Shown here piece after piece: positions 61,301 through 64,000 of a stretch of 64,000 nucleotides of DNA. The DNA is from Iphione sp. A-MEVVRFRX5 (Eukaryota). Below the pieces are notes generated by a model. It saw only the letters and a list, made by a program, of their open reading frames with translations. It was not told the DNA's origin and ran no database searches. The position numbers and the translations under genes are program-made. The stretch covers positions 25,606,001-25,670,000 of the forward strand of contig OZ320321.1 of assembly GCA_976226885.1 (NCBI GenBank). The letters are read 5' to 3'. How positions within the stretch are numbered: position 1 is the first letter of the stretch; every line of letters begins with the position of its first letter.

Positions 61301-64000
61301 TATAAATCCTCTCCGAGGGCTACGAGTAGAACTTGAACCCCGTTGTATGCATGCCCAGGACATTACATCATACTTTTGCCATATTGGGAAAGAAACCAAT
61401 TTTTTTTATCCCCGTATATTAATTATCAATGGAAAGCTCTAACCATCCATGATCTTGCTGGACTCTTTGCAGCGATGAGAATTTCTTGGTGTCTGGTTTT
61501 AAGAAGTTGGGTTGTTAGTAACCATTGACTCCTTGGCAGCTGTAATTACTCTTTACATGTACCCCCCAAGACAGGAGGGTACATCCTCTGACTGGAGACA
61601 CGTATTGCTGGAACAGCATCATCTTTTGGCCGTACAGTGTACCATCCAAGACTGGGGACACTCCAAGAATGCCCTCAGTTGTCAGGTTCTACTGCATTTA
61701 CAAGGGGTGGGGATCGGGGTCGGGGTGGGGGGGAGGAGTGTCCTTTCACACTCAGGCAGAAGCAAGGTTTTGTGGCGTTTTGAATGAGCATTAAAGCCTG
61801 CTAGAGTGCCAGGTATTATGCCAGAAATATATTTTCATGACTTTGTCTCGACCGTATCCGTTCTAATTGGTAATATGCAGGTCATGATTTCACACGTGAC
61901 TAGGATACATAATATTGGTGGGAAATTTGTTATCATTCAGCATTATGTCAATTTCTGTTGGAGAGAAGCCCAAAATGCAGGCGTCACCTACAAGGTACCG
62001 GTGAGTGAGGGGACATTGCCCATACTGATGGCGAGATAAGCAAGCTAACCCCCACGAAAACGAATCAATAGGTCAGTTTAGTTCATCGCCCTGACAATAA
62101 CCCCCGTTCCCAAAGCCAGCGTCATGGAAACCTTGAGTGGGAGATTCGGTGGAAAACAAATCGATAACAATCTGCGCAGTCTCTGAGGGTTAAAAGTGGC
62201 CATTTGTAAAGAAAATCTTTGAATTTCTGGAGATAGGCAACAATATCCCCCATCAGAATTGCGCTGAATGAATCATGAGGTGTCTTTAAATCAATTTATG
62301 AGTATTGTCTTACAAGAAAAACTATACTTTCCACACTCACTCGTAGCATTTTGACGAAATGCTTGCCGTGAAAAGGAGTACAGTTTATTGGCACATTTAG
62401 CTCTTCCGATCCAGGAATGGCGGCATCTGTATTCTTTGTCCGGTTCGGAGAAATGCGCATGTGCGCATGTAAGTGGGCCTGTTTCCGGTGCATTGGACTC
62501 GTTGGAACGTGGTGCACTGCCGAACTCTTGTTCCTTTTTACAGCTCTACTCAAATTCCAAACTCAAAAAGGTATGATGCACCTATATGTATGTCATGTCT
62601 GAGAGGCATGGTGAAATAGAGGAACGGCGTGTTTTCCTAACAACAATATCTTCATTCTGGAGATAATTCTTTGCATTTCTTTGGCCAAAACCTAATTTAT
62701 CGTATGCACTGCTAACATTACCGAAAAATGGCTTCCATAACAAAAAAAAACCACTGACCAAGAAAGAAACCATTCGAGTGTTCCGTGCGTACTAAAGATT
62801 ACCTGCAAACTAACGAATTAATTTTCATTCTTATTTACATTCAGTATACAAAGTAGTGCTTCTCGGTTCTTCATAGATGAATGCAACCTATTTTAGGGAA
62901 AGAATGGTTCATTTTCCCGAATCGATTGTATCATGAATTAAGTCTCTTTGAGGAAAAACTGACGTCAAAGCATAGATTCGGCTACATCCTTGGATGAGAG
63001 TTAAAAGCGTCGATATTTGCTTTATCGATGTCACATTTCAGACACATAGTGAATTTTGTGAGGCATTTTCAATTCAAAAGAATGCTTTTGTAGAGAGCAG
63101 TATTTTTGGTGAAAGGGGCAGTCTTTTTCTTCTATTTTACAGTAAATACTCGGATGTTCCTCTTTATGAATTTCGATAGACAATTTTACTCGTAAATCAT
63201 TTCTCAAGATGAAAGTTGCGCACACAGCGTCATTTTTAATTTTCACTGAGTACATCGGCCTTTTTAACCATTTCCTCTAATCATTAAGATAAATGCTAGG
63301 ATACTGGCATACTCCTTTTTCGTGCATACTCTCCTCTTGTCTGTCTCGTAAACAACACGTTTGGCCATTCCTACTAAGTACTATGTTTCCCCTTTCGAAA
63401 TAGATCTAGGTTCTGAATTGCCACATCTGGACATTATCTGTCGACTTTACCTATAAAATGCACGGCAATGACTAATCAGTTTTACCGATGTGCACGGTCA
63501 GGTACCCACATTAATCAACCTAAGCACCGTACACACCTGCACTACATTTATCAGCACCACACTAACACATTGTAGGCACTACCAAAGCACATCTCATACC
63601 CAGTTTAAATTCTAACACTGGTACTGATGTTCTTATTAGGCTTATCATTGGGCTTTTTAATTTCTCGAATACTAACCCCTTTTATTAAATACCCTTCCCA
63701 AATGAGTGTGAGCGTTAGTGATTGCAGTATATGAATGAAATTAGAGGAAGCCTGAGAAAGGAAATTAACGTAAATTCACCGCATCCTTTGAGAGAAACAT
63801 TAGCAGCTTTTCTCTATATATATGTGGATTGTTGTGTGCTATTCTCTTTGGCATCATTGTTTGGCATAAAATTAATAGTAGAAGTTTGTCATTCGCAATG
63901 CAAGCACTAAACGCGAACACTGTTCCACTTCAATGCTTTGTTGCCAACTGTCTTATCTGTGTCCTTGGAGATGTCCTTCTGACCTTGGCTTGGTCTCCAA

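Overview
Eukaryotic, AT-rich genomic DNA with no prokaryotic features. The whole window lies inside one plus-strand gene for the BK/Slo1 Ca2+- and voltage-activated K+ channel alpha subunit (KCNMA1/slowpoke orthologue). I assembled about 22 GT-AG exons by hand in a consistent reading frame, from the S1-S2 loop (3393) through the voltage sensor, the TVGYGD pore, S6, RCK1, the heme motif, RCK2 and the Ca2+ bowl to 57160. The 5' exons (S0/S1) and the last exons lie outside the window. Many exon lengths equal those I recall for human KCNMA1 while the residues are invertebrate-like, so an invertebrate deuterostome such as amphioxus is plausible; this is an inference, not an identification. The most notable points are: (1) both S6 glycines (mSlo1 G310/G311) are replaced by Val-Ala, predicting altered gating and paxilline resistance; (2) the 23 kb RCK1-RCK2 linker region, the position of vertebrate STREX, carries a phase-matched series of small and micro exons with no recognisable STREX; (3) there are candidate cassette exons inside RCK1, including a polybasic one; (4) tandem GC/GT donors and a near-perfect 93-bp inverted repeat sit close to RCK2 exons. 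Introns also hold many MITE-like elements and microsatellites. I found no evidence for a wholly new gene system. All cassette-exon calls rest on splice signals and phase alone and need RNA evidence. Residue numbers and human exon sizes are from memory.
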